Below are positions 56,035 to 64,000 of a stretch of DNA of 64,000 nucleotides, piece after piece; position 1 is the first letter of the stretch; the number at the start of each line of letters is the position of its first letter. The translations under genes and the position numbers were made by a program. Source of the stretch: a virus (lineage: Duplodnaviria; Caudoviricetes); the IMG/VR virus record IMGVR_UViG_3300025163_000238, positions 67,002 to 131,001 of that record. The stretch is one strand, 5' to 3'. The notes below the pieces were generated by a model. It was given only the letters and a program-made list of their open reading frames with translations, did no database searches and had not been told where the DNA came from.

Positions 56035-56682
56035 ATGAAGAAGATAATTGCTTGTAGTGACCTTCACATCCCCTACACAAGCCGCTACTTTATCACGTTC
56101 GCAAACTACGCGTGTGAAGCAGATATTGTTGTGTTTAACGGCGACATCCTCGACTTGGTAAGATGTAATGTAAAGGAGATAAAGAACAGTAAAACGGGGA
56201 GAGAGCTATTAGACGCTTTGAAGAAAGTGATCCTAAAGACAAAGACGGTCTTCGTCGAGGGTAACCACGACCCAGAACTAGGAAAATCGCTAACTGAACT
56301 ACTAGGGTTCGAGGTTGAATCAGTGCCTTCCTACCGTTTAGGCAGAATGGGTTTCATACACGGTCACCAACTCGATCCAGCATGCAAACACTGGAACTGG
56401 AAACTCCTAACTAAGGTTGCGCCTTTCTTCTTCCGTCCACCCAGTGGGTGGAAGAAACGGAACCGGGAAAAGTGGAAGAAGAAAATAGGACTCATCTACA
56501 CAAACGCGTTTACCTTTCTTGAAGAGAATCCGTGGTGTACCCTACTGGTAATCGGACATACTCATTACCCTAGTCTCCACGAACTAGAAACAGAACAGTG
56601 GTTAGCAGACTGCGGGGATATGACGGACTCTATAAGTGGAGTAAAAATAGAAAATGGAAAGGCTAAAATAATAACATTGTAG
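56035..56682 (+). CDS. Calcineurin-like metallophosphoesterase
   Basis: SDLH, GDILD, GNHD, HGH, GHTH. Confidence 0.93.
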   Translation: MKKIIACSDLHIPYTSRYFITFANYACEADIVVFNGDILDLVRCNVKEIKNSKTGRELLDALKKVILKTKTVFVEGNHDPELGKSLTELLGFEVESVPSYRLGRMGFIHGHQLDPACKHWNWKLLTKVAPFFFRPPSGWKKRNREKWKKKIGLIYTNAFTFLEENPWCTLLVIGHTHYPSLHELETEQWLADCGDMTDSISGVKIENGKAKIITL

Positions 56683-56703
56683 GCAAGAATGGGGGTGTGT
56701 AAG

Positions 56704-57087
56704 ATGAAAAGAAGATTAGTAGTCCTCTTTTTACTATGTTCAATTGTGTGGGGATGTGCAGGAGGAAGCTTAAAAAAGTGGGGTAAGAGTTACAACAAAT
56801 TCATGAAGCAAGCAGAAGCGTTGGCGGAAGTATTGTGTGAGCACAGTGAGTTCTCAAGTTGCTACTGGAAGGCGGTTCTCGGTAACGACATAAACAAACT
56901 ACCCGCTGAGGCGTTAACCATCTTAAACGAAATAGAACAAATCACAAAGGGCAGAAGCGCTGAGGACTTGACAGAGTGTGAGAAAGGAAGACTCTTTGGA
57001 CTTTGGAAGCGGTTCGCTTATTTAGTAGGTAAGGATGTCATAAAACGAGTCGTCCCGTTTATGATCAAATTTGCAGGTATGATATAA
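56704..57087 (+). CDS. Putative lipoprotein
   Basis: MKRRLVVLFLLCSIVWGC signal peptide with a lipobox-like end. Confidence 0.65.
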   Translation: MKRRLVVLFLLCSIVWGCAGGSLKKWGKSYNKFMKQAEALAEVLCEHSEFSSCYWKAVLGNDINKLPAEALTILNEIEQITKGRSAEDLTECEKGRLFGLWKRFAYLVGKDVIKRVVPFMIKFAGMI

Positions 57088-57578
57088 TGGTTAGATTTTT
57101 AGCCTACCAAGGGACTGATTGGATCGCGAGGGTCATCAAATACCAAACTCAATCAGTCTACTCCCATATAGCATACCTCTGGAATGACAAATATGTGATA
57201 GAGTGCTGGCCCGAGCACTGGTACCAGCTGCTGAACGTGAGATGGAACAAACGTCCCCTTTTCAAAGGGTATAAAAAGGGGGACAAGTACGAGATCTGGG
57301 GCTTAGAAGTCAGCGAAGCACACAAGACGTTCATCCACAACTTCTTCTTAGGGCTAGTAAAGACGAGAGCTAAATTCGACTACGTCGCTGGCTTCGGGCT
57401 ATTCACCAAGTGGAGAAAGGAAAAGAAGGGTCAGTATTTTTGTTCTGAGGGGTGTATAGCCCCGTTGGTTAAGGTCTTTGAGTGGGATCACATAGCTCCT
57501 TGGAAGGTGACACCTGAAGCATTCGTTCAGATAATTCAAGCAGCGGGAGGAATACTAATAAAATCAGGAAGGGTGTAA
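57087..57578 (+). CDS. Permuted papain-like NlpC/P60 (YiiX/YebB-like) enzyme
   Basis: YSHIA (His) precedes KFDY and YFCSE (Cys); VTP. Confidence 0.82.
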   Translation: MVRFLAYQGTDWIARVIKYQTQSVYSHIAYLWNDKYVIECWPEHWYQLLNVRWNKRPLFKGYKKGDKYEIWGLEVSEAHKTFIHNFFLGLVKTRAKFDYVAGFGLFTKWRKEKKGQYFCSEGCIAPLVKVFEWDHIAPWKVTPEAFVQIIQAAGGILIKSGRV

Positions 57579-57844
57579 TGGGAAATTTACAAGGACGTTG
57601 GGAGGTTTACATTGCTGGGATACACATCTTGACGAAGGAAATAAAAGGAAAAGAAGGAAAAAATTACTTCCCATGGGGAAGCGAAGCGGTTTTGTTGGAC
57701 TTTGAGGTTAAAGGAATGGAGTTACACTATAAGTATTTACCTATCAAGGACATTTTGGAAGAGGAAAGCGAACACGCCCTTAAGGGAACAATGTACATTA
57801 AAAATAAAAAGTGGTTCGAATTTATCATGCTCAGAACAAGTTAG
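57578..57844 (+). CDS. Hypothetical protein
   Basis: Translationally coupled ORF. Confidence 0.65.
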   Translation: MGNLQGRWEVYIAGIHILTKEIKGKEGKNYFPWGSEAVLLDFEVKGMELHYKYLPIKDILEEESEHALKGTMYIKNKKWFEFIMLRTS

Positions 57845-57853
57845 GAGGGTACG

Positions 57854-58180
57854 ATGGAAAGTAACCTTATAGCACAAAACCAGAATTGGCGTGTTCGCCA
57901 GTGTTTGCAACCCGGTGGGGAAGAGTACGCCATCACCAAAAGATCGGGGAGATACACTCTCTACCTACACGGGACAGAGGAGAAGCTGGCCTTCTATAAT
58001 AAGCTTCGCTCACTCCTTGAATCCTATAAGGAGGGGGAGGAAGATCTATGGATGATATGTTTCGGTAGTCCACATTTGACCCCAGAGTTCTGCGTAGCAC
58101 TAACTATTGAAGATGTTAGATTTCTCCTCGATGCAATACCAACTACGGAAACTATATACCCAACAAGGAGGACACAATGA
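57854..58180 (+). CDS. Hypothetical protein
   Basis: AGGAGG SD; coupled to the next gene. Confidence 0.65.
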   Translation: MESNLIAQNQNWRVRQCLQPGGEEYAITKRSGRYTLYLHGTEEKLAFYNKLRSLLESYKEGEEDLWMICFGSPHLTPEFCVALTIEDVRFLLDAIPTTETIYPTRRTQ

Positions 58181-60180
58181 TAGACGAAAAAACATTAAAA
58201 CAGCTTTACAAGAAGTTAAGAGGTAAACGTGGTTTTGTTGGCTTTTCAAGAGTAGAGCAGCCAGTCTTAGCCGAAGGTGTGGAAACAGGTGAGACAGGTA
58301 TCAGGGTGTACGTTAGGAAGAAACTGCCCGTGAACTTACTCAGGGAGCAGGACATCATCCCATCTGAATTTAAAGGAAAGAGGGTTGATGTGGTTGAAGT
58401 GGGCGACGTTAAGGCCCTAAAAGTTGACAAAACAAAGGAGTTCAGACCAGTCGAAATCGGTGTATCTGTGGGACACATAAACATTACAGCCTGCAGCTTG
58501 GGTTTCTACCCTATTTACAAAGACGGTGTAGTCCTTGTAGGAGGTAACGCTCACTGCTATACTCCTGATGCGAGTTTAAGCCCGGAACAGATAAGGGAGA
58601 AGCGGATAGTCCAACCCGGAAGGTATCACGACAAAAACTCAGGCATAGTGGGTGAATATTTTTGGCATGAGAGGGTCGTCCCAGTAGATGAAGGGTGCCC
58701 GATTGGTAAAGCTGTTGTGAGTGTCCTCAACTTCTTGGCCAAATTAGTTGGGAGCGGAACAAGACTCACCCTAGAAAGAGATAACGTAAACCACATCGAC
58801 TTCGCCGTGTACGTTCCTACTGTCGAACACATTAACAAGATAGCTGATGATAGTATTGATGAGTCGGCGCCTATGGTAGGCTTTCTCTTCGCGGGGAGCG
58901 ATCAAGTGGGAGTAATATGCAAGGCTAGATACATTGTTGAAAAAGGCTTCACTTTCAATGTCCCTGTAGCTGAAGTACATAATGGTGACAGAGTGAAAGG
59001 TTGTTCCTTTTGGTGTATGCCCCCCGACACTCTCGTCATGGGAAATCCAACCCCTACTACTATAGCAAACGTCACTTCGGTGCTAGAAGCCGGAGGTGAG
59101 TTTAGTAAAGTCCTCACCCACTTCTCACGAGATTACGAAGGAGACCTATGTGATCTAACTGTCAAAGGTTATCGGGTTTCATTAACCCCCGAGCACCCAG
59201 TGCTGACAGCTCGCCCTTCTAACAAATATCATAAACAACAAGCAAAGGCGTTACTAAAATGGAAACCTGCTGGAGAAGTAACAACAGATGACTACGTCGC
59301 TATCCCAAAGATAAAAACACGTAACCACACTAAGGAGTACCATCTGGTCAGAACAAAATTTTCTCAGAAAAGAGTCCCACCTGTATTAGAGGTCAACGAA
59401 GATCTCGCGTGGATCATAGGGTTGTATATAGCAGAAGGCTCGTGCAGCCCCCAAGGTCTCATTCGGTGGACGCTGGGAGAACATGAGACGCACTTAATTC
59501 AGAAACTCAAACAAAAATTGGCTTCTGTATTTGGGCTCCGAATCAAAGAATACAAAGGTACAGGTACGCGATACATCGACATATATTGCTCGGACTTAAT
59601 TGAAATGTTCAAACAATGTGGGAAAAACGCTCACGAGAAAGTAATCCCCTCTTTCATCCTTCGAGGACCTAAAGAAGTCTGGCGTTCGTGCATACAAGGG
59701 ATTCAAGACGGTGATGGTTGTGAACTAAAGGCCTGGAACAAAATAAGCACCACATCCAAAAAGTTAATGTTTCAATTGATGATTTTGTGTGCCAGCCTTG
59801 GATATGGATTCACCACAACTTCGTTCTTTAATGGTGGTTTTGGACGCTCTATTATGATGCACCAAATCTCGATCCGAACTACAAAAAAGCGTGACTCGGG
59901 TTTTGAGGACGAAAATTTTCTCTACCTTCCTATCAAGAAAGCCACAACACGGTTTTACAAAGGGAAGGTGTACAACGTAGAAACACCTGGCAACACTTAT
60001 TGTGTACCTTTTGTAGTTCACAACTGCAATTACGAAACAACAGTAACCGATGAGTCGGCTTCCATCCAAGTTAACTACGGTAACTTCACTGCTTTGTTTA
60101 ATGATGTTATTCTTATAAGGAATGAAAACAACACAATCAAAGGAGGATGGAGCGGGAGTGGGTGGCGGAAAGTGACTTAA
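58177..60180 (+). CDS. Trypsin-like serine protease with prodomain, interrupted by an intein
   Basis: IRVYVRKK...DVVEVG prodomain, RPVEIGVSVGH, GNAHC (His), HIDFA (Asp), GWSGS (Ser). Confidence 0.82.
   Translation: MIDEKTLKQLYKKLRGKRGFVGFSRVEQPVLAEGVETGETGIRVYVRKKLPVNLLREQDIIPSEFKGKRVDVVEVGDVKALKVDKTKEFRPVEIGVSVGHINITACSLGFYPIYKDGVVLVGGNAHCYTPDASLSPEQIREKRIVQPGRYHDKNSGIVGEYFWHERVVPVDEGCPIGKAVVSVLNFLAKLVGSGTRLTLERDNVNHIDFAVYVPTVEHINKIADDSIDESAPMVGFLFAGSDQVGVICKARYIVEKGFTFNVPVAEVHNGDRVKGCSFWCMPPDTLVMGNPTPTTIANVTSVLEAGGEFSKVLTHFSRDYEGDLCDLTVKGYRVSLTPEHPVLTARPSNKYHKQQAKALLKWKPAGEVTTDDYVAIPKIKTRNHTKEYHLVRTKFSQKRVPPVLEVNEDLAWIIGLYIAEGSCSPQGLIRWTLGEHETHLIQKLKQKLASVFGLRIKEYKGTGTRYIDIYCSDLIEMFKQCGKNAHEKVIPSFILRGPKEVWRSCIQGIQDGDGCELKAWNKISTTSKKLMFQLMILCASLGYGFTTTSFFNGGFGRSIMMHQISIRTTKKRDSGFEDENFLYLPIKKATTRFYKGKVYNVETPGNTYCVPFVVHNCNYETTVTDESASIQVNYGNFTALFNDVILIRNENNTIKGGWSGSGWRKVT
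59014..60024 (+). mobile_element. Intein with LAGLIDADG homing endonuclease, 337 aa
   Basis: N-terminal CMPPDTLV, block B LTPEHPVL, IGLYIAEGS and IQGIQDGDG, block F VYNVET, C-terminal VHN followed by Cys+1. Confidence 0.95.
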
Positions 60181-60344
60181 AGCAAAAAGCAGAACTACGA
60201 GGTTTTGTAACCATAGCTAAAGTTTGGGTTTTGGAACATAAGACCAGATGCAACGAGACGGAAGATCCTGACGAGTGTAAGAGGATTATGAAAAGACTCC
60301 TGGAGTTATTTAAGAAACTTGAAAACCTACTTAGGTTGATATGA
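60147..60344 (+). CDS. Small hypothetical protein
   Basis: Overlaps the protease end; the start could be GTG 60162, which is better spaced from a purine-rich SD. Confidence 0.5.
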   Translation: MEREWVAESDLKQKAELRGFVTIAKVWVLEHKTRCNETEDPDECKRIMKRLLELFKKLENLLRLI

Positions 60345-60348
60345 GTCC

Positions 60349-60879
60349 TTACGCACCTTGCTTCTCTATCTCCAGAATTCTACGCGCAACAGATTCAGCC
60401 GTCTCATCAGGCTTACCCTCAATCACCTGAACCTCTTCATAAGGTAACGAAAAACGCTTCAACACCTCAGCCACAGCATTAGTCACCTCAGCGTCTTCTC
60501 GTTTACTCCGCACGAAAAAGGTGTAAAGACTCACGTCATAAAAGCTCAACAATGACATTGTGTTTAGTGGCGATCCTACACAAAGCCTGTAAGCGCAGTT
60601 GTCCACTATACTTCTGTCAGCCACTATCACTTTGTCCCTGTAAACTAAGTAACTAGCAACAGTAACAAAGTCCAACGCTGTCTCAAAATAGTCATAAGCC
60701 TCAGCGTCGCGTTGGATCGTTTCCTTCCAAGCGTCTCTGATGTCCATTTGTTTCAGTAGGCAATCAGCGAACTCACCTACAAAGGCGAACCTGTATGAAC
60801 GCAAGAGCCTCTTAAGCCGAGTAAAAATCGTCGTTTTACCGACGTCGTGGCTCCCTGATAAAGCGTAAACTCTAATCAT
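60349..60879 (-). CDS. P-loop nucleotide kinase/AAA_28-like ATPase
   Basis: GSHDVGKTT Walker A; IVADRS..D as in thymidylate-kinase/NadR-type proteins. Confidence 0.8.
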   Translation of the reverse strand: MIRVYALSGSHDVGKTTIFTRLKRLLRSYRFAFVGEFADCLLKQMDIRDAWKETIQRDAEAYDYFETALDFVTVASYLVYRDKVIVADRSIVDNCAYRLCVGSPLNTMSLLSFYDVSLYTFFVRSKREDAEVTNAVAEVLKRFSLPYEEVQVIEGKPDETAESVARRILEIEKQGA

Positions 60880-61222
60880 GATTCACACCCTTTAAAAGAA
60901 GCTTTTTTAATTTCAAAAAGCACTCTCTTATTTGCCCCGCTTTAAACGAAGCGATATAGTCATACTTAGTCTCACCAGCATAAGGAAGGTCTCCCGCCCA
61001 GCCTGTCCAATTTCTCTTCCCGTTAATGATAATGTCATCTGAGTTTCTGTGCTCATATACACAGTAGGTCATATTGTCATTTAAGTTTCCAAAAGTTAGT
61101 CCCATTTCTCTACCGTTCTGGAAGCAGTTGACACAAATCTTGTAGTCCTTTAAATCCTTATCTTTTTTGATTAAATTGAGAATTTTGAATGACACGTTAA
61201 GTCCCTCATTAAGCAGTACCAT
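60872..61222 (-). CDS. Hypothetical protein
   Basis: GGAGG SD; part of the minus-strand run. Confidence 0.7.
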   Translation of the reverse strand: MVLLNEGLNVSFKILNLIKKDKDLKDYKICVNCFQNGREMGLTFGNLNDNMTYCVYEHRNSDDIIINGKRNWTGWAGDLPYAGETKYDYIASFKAGQIRECFLKLKKLLLKGVNHD

Positions 61223-61235
61223 AGTGACCTCCCCT

Positions 61236-61481
61236 TCACTTTATTTGCTGCGCCGCTCTGCTGCTTTTCCACTTCTCTAGGATCACCTTAAAGCCGTCAC
61301 AAATCTCCCTGTAGGTACCTTGTCTTAAGTAACAGTCGCTCTCTCTTAAAGCAAGCTCTTTATACTGAGTAGCTATGTGCTCAACAACAGCGGGTGTTAG
61401 ACTAACTACAATCTTATCTTTAAAGTAGCACCCCTCTACTTCAGGGCGTAACTCCACCTTCACGAATTCAATCTTCGCCAT
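61236..61481 (-). CDS. Hypothetical protein
   Basis: AGGAGG SD. Confidence 0.7.
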   Translation of the reverse strand: MAKIEFVKVELRPEVEGCYFKDKIVVSLTPAVVEHIATQYKELALRESDCYLRQGTYREICDGFKVILEKWKSSRAAQQIK

Positions 61482-61491
61482 TTCATACCTC

Positions 61492-61857
61492 CTAGTATAC
61501 CCACATCACAGGATGTGGTAAACTAATATCCATGTCAACATGAATGAAGTTCTTACTCACTCCAATTCTAATCGCTCCCCACCGTAATAAGACTCTGAGC
61601 AACCGATACCGATACTCCGAACCATATGCTCTAATATCTGCTGCCATGCCTCTCAAGTGTGCACTATTTGGTGCGCCCCCCACTTCCTTATTGTGACGAG
61701 CACACCTAAACCCTGAGTCAATCACAATAGGAGACCCTAAATCCGACCTTACTTGATCGAGCCACTTCACGAAATCTTCCTTCATCTCACACGCACCACA
61801 ACACGGGCAAGCGAATTCTTTAGGACTAAAGTGATCGACCTCCTCCCACCAGCTCAC
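61492..61857 (-). CDS. Peptidase M15 (YcbK/M15_3-like), candidate endolysin
   Basis: HFSPKEFACPCCG, SGFRC..HN..VGG...SAH..G.AADI, FIHVD. Confidence 0.92.
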   Translation of the reverse strand: MSWWEEVDHFSPKEFACPCCGACEMKEDFVKWLDQVRSDLGSPIVIDSGFRCARHNKEVGGAPNSAHLRGMAADIRAYGSEYRYRLLRVLLRWGAIRIGVSKNFIHVDMDISLPHPVMWVY

Positions 61858-61875
61858 TCCGTCTTCCTCCCTTAC

Positions 61876-62049
61876 TTAAGTACTTCTCACCTTTCTCTTT
61901 ACATCCTCGAATTTACAGCCACCCGTTACTCCTGTTTCAATATCTACAAACCATACAGGATACATATAGCTTTCGTCTCTCACTTTCAGAATCCTTACTA
62001 TCCTTCCGTCCTTAAGTTCAACTACATCATCTACACGTAGTTTATTCAT
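61876..62049 (-). CDS. Small SH3-fold-like protein, 57 aa
   Basis: Own translation MNKLRVDDVVELKDGRIVRILKV...; fills the gap between two minus-strand genes. Confidence 0.65.
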   Translation of the reverse strand: MNKLRVDDVVELKDGRIVRILKVRDESYMYPVWFVDIETGVTGGCKFEDVKRKVRST

Positions 62050-62055
62050 CTTCCT

Positions 62056-62580
62056 TCACCTCCTTTCTTTCCACTTTCCCTCACTACGATCGTAAAAATA
62101 ACCACTTCTATGGAGGTACTCTCCTAAGTTACAAGACGATACCTTGCAAACCTTACTAAACTCCAGCATCGAACTAAATGACGCTAACACTTTCTTTATC
62201 CCTCCATAACGTTTAAACGCCTCTTCTGCCAGCCCATGGGGTGCGTTGTTGTACACCCTGGGCTTAGTTTTAATTCCTACTCTTTTTAAGCCTTCTAAAA
62301 CGACGTTATATCTGAATCCCCAATAGGAACCCATTCCCATTGTTCCCTTCTCATTATACTGTCTACTCAGTTCGCGTTTCACTACCTCTACATCACACCC
62401 ATAGTGCATAAACACATTCCAAAGAAACGAGTTCTTACGGCAGCCAGATATGGTAGCCGCAATCGCGCTTTTGAACCTTACAGCAAGATCAGGGCTAAGC
62501 TTATCGGCTACCTTAAATAACTCTTTACCATCTGCGTCTGAAATGACTAAAGTGAGCCGTTTCTCGCGTTGACTACTCAT
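62056..62580 (-). CDS. Hypothetical protein, possibly DNA-binding
   Basis: Basic; HTH-like segments. Confidence 0.65.
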   Translation of the reverse strand: MSSQREKRLTLVISDADGKELFKVADKLSPDLAVRFKSAIAATISGCRKNSFLWNVFMHYGCDVEVVKRELSRQYNEKGTMGMGSYWGFRYNVVLEGLKRVGIKTKPRVYNNAPHGLAEEAFKRYGGIKKVLASFSSMLEFSKVCKVSSCNLGEYLHRSGYFYDRSEGKWKERR

Positions 62581-62812
62581 CGCAAGTTGGTTTTAAGTAA
62601 TCTCCAAAGTCTCGGGGCATCAGCACTTGCCATGTGTCATCATAGCCCAACAACGTTTCGGGGCGTCTTATGTCCGCTAACCTAACGTTTGGAGCACGGG
62701 GATCCAGTCCATACAGCTCACACAATTTGCGTGCTGATATGAAATGAACTTCTCCATCGTTTGGGCTTACTACATAACCGCCAATCACTAAAAACTTCAC
62801 CTGCTTAATCAA
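62573..62812 (-). CDS. Hypothetical phage protein
   Basis: GYVVSPNDGEVHFISARKLCELYG; overlaps its neighbours. Confidence 0.7.
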   Translation of the reverse strand: MIKQVKFLVIGGYVVSPNDGEVHFISARKLCELYGLDPRAPNVRLADIRRPETLLGYDDTWQVLMPRDFGDYLKPTCDE

Positions 62813-63020
62813 AGAGCTTCCTCCCCACTATCAACAGAACAATTAGAGCTAAAACGCAACTACAATCCGCCGAATAGCCAAGCAGACCTCTACCAGGTAT
62901 CTGTGTGAGTCCTAAAAGGAAGCAATACCCAATTATGAACGCACCAGGTAGAAGTGCCCACCCCTTCCAACCTTGCCTGTACGCTAGTATCGTTAACACA
63001 ATCTCTAAAATTAACATCAC
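62805..63020 (-). CDS. Small membrane protein
   Basis: Three hydrophobic segments; GGAGG SD. Confidence 0.7.
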   Translation of the reverse strand: MMLILEIVLTILAYRQGWKGWALLPGAFIIGYCFLLGLTQIPGRGLLGYSADCSCVLALIVLLIVGRKLFD

Positions 63021-63021
63021 T

Positions 63022-63468
63022 TTAACCTCCCTTAATCTCGGGCAGTTGAAATACCTTATCTGAAATAAAAAGCCCGTGACCGAACACTATCCACATATAA
63101 TCTTTTTTGTAAAACCGTGCTCTAACCAGCAACGAGCTATACTCAGCTTCGGCTTCCGCAACTCGGCGTAAATAATCACTCAACTTTGAGGACTGTTGTA
63201 AGTTCGTCAAACTCCCACCGACCAAATCTCCTGGCTGCTCTGGGTAAACAGCGGCTCTAATATCGTCAATTCTTTGTTGAAGCACTTTTATTTCATGCAA
63301 CTGCCCTACTAGTTGGGGATAAGTCGTTATACCTTTGGGTACAAACGCTGCCAAAAGTATGACAGACAAAAGAGCACTTACAAGACCAGAAAACACAAGG
63401 TGGTCCTTTCCTCGTTTCCCAAAATATACAACTGAAATTAGACCGACTAAAAGTAGAAGTATCCAAAT
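63022..63468 (-). CDS. Membrane protein with two N-terminal TM helices
   Basis: MIWILLLLVGLISVV...; GGAGG SD favours ATG 63468. Confidence 0.7.
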   Translation of the reverse strand: MWILLLLVGLISVVYFGKRGKDHLVFSGLVSALLSVILLAAFVPKGITTYPQLVGQLHEIKVLQQRIDDIRAAVYPEQPGDLVGGSLTNLQQSSKLSDYLRRVAEAEAEYSSLLVRARFYKKDYMWIVFGHGLFISDKVFQLPEIKGG

Positions 63469-63493
63469 CATTTCAGCCTCCTCCCACAACCTC

Positions 63494-63733
63494 TTACTCT
63501 ACCGTGCGGGGTTTTCTCTGTAAGTCTATCGGCAGCTTATAAGAACGAGGAGGAAACTCGTCATCCTCGTAGACCACCCTCCCTGATAGACTGTGCGTGT
63601 GCTGTCTTAGTTTTTGTAACCTTAACACTTCCTCTACCATAGAAGATAAATGACTTCTCAAAACCTCGACTTTCTCGTCAAGAGTCATCTCATCCCAATA
63701 CTTTGGCCTAGCTTCACCAATACAACTTTCCAT
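63494..63733 (-). CDS. Hypothetical protein
   Basis: AGGAGG SD. Confidence 0.7.
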   Translation of the reverse strand: MESCIGEARPKYWDEMTLDEKVEVLRSHLSSMVEEVLRLQKLRQHTHSLSGRVVYEDDEFPPRSYKLPIDLQRKPRTVE

Positions 63734-63778
63734 CTCTTACCTCCTTTCTACATTATTCCCATATAAGCAAACAAAGCT

Positions 63779-64000
63779 TCATCTTTCTTCCCATAACTTC
63801 CTCATAACAACTCCAGCATCTAAATTGCCCCACCTAATTAAGTCAACATACCCTGCAAGGTCTGCAAAACACTCCAGACACAAAGTTTTCGTGGGATTCC
63901 AACCACACTTCTTACAGACTCGGTTCCACAACTCATCACTAACTCTCCACACCACATTTTGCACTCTCCCACACCTCTTACATGTTTGAGGAGTAGCCAA
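63779..64000 (-). CDS. Small Zn-finger-like protein, possibly truncated at the window edge
   Basis: CKRC...CKKC...LCLEC. Confidence 0.65.
   Translation of the reverse strand: MATPQTCKRCGRVQNVVWRVSDELWNRVCKKCGWNPTKTLCLECFADLAGYVDLIRWGNLDAGVVMRKLWEER

Noticed and set aside
60147-60344. Frameshifted C-terminal continuation of the serine protease
   Set aside because: Its sequence is helical and lacks protease strands; the missing VGFLFAGS segment is already present upstream.
1-64000. Prophage boundaries, integrase, tRNA or rRNA genes
   Set aside because: No host housekeeping genes, att-like context or RNA gene structures recognised by eye.

Overview
The window is a 64 kb segment of a tailed dsDNA virus (Caudoviricetes). 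It has a siphovirus-type layout: terminase, portal, HK97-type protease/scaffold, capsid, neck, tail tube, frameshifted chaperones, a 2257-aa tape measure, no sheath, and a very large set of tail-tip/adhesin genes. AGGAGG(TG) Shine-Dalgarno sites, sigma70-like promoters, a holin, a lipoprotein and an M15 peptidase point to a bacterial host. No replication, integrase, tRNA or CRISPR genes were seen. The most striking signals are: (1) unrelated, scattered enzymes and small proteins (GNAT-like proteins, an ATP-grasp ligase, a small membrane protein) sharing a short tag G-x-W-[VIF]-T-L-x-x-G-[RK]-[RK]-[VI]-[CF]-I, usually next to a hydrophobic helix, a candidate virion cargo-sorting/delivery system; (2) a portal-MuF-tandem metallopeptidase fusion; (3) a viral UDP-sulfoquinovose synthase plus glycosyltransferases placed among structural genes; (4) an intein-containing, internally permuted trypsin-like protease; (5) a repeated hairpin+SD leader on the small genes at the left end. 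All product calls come from reading motifs by eye; no database search was run.
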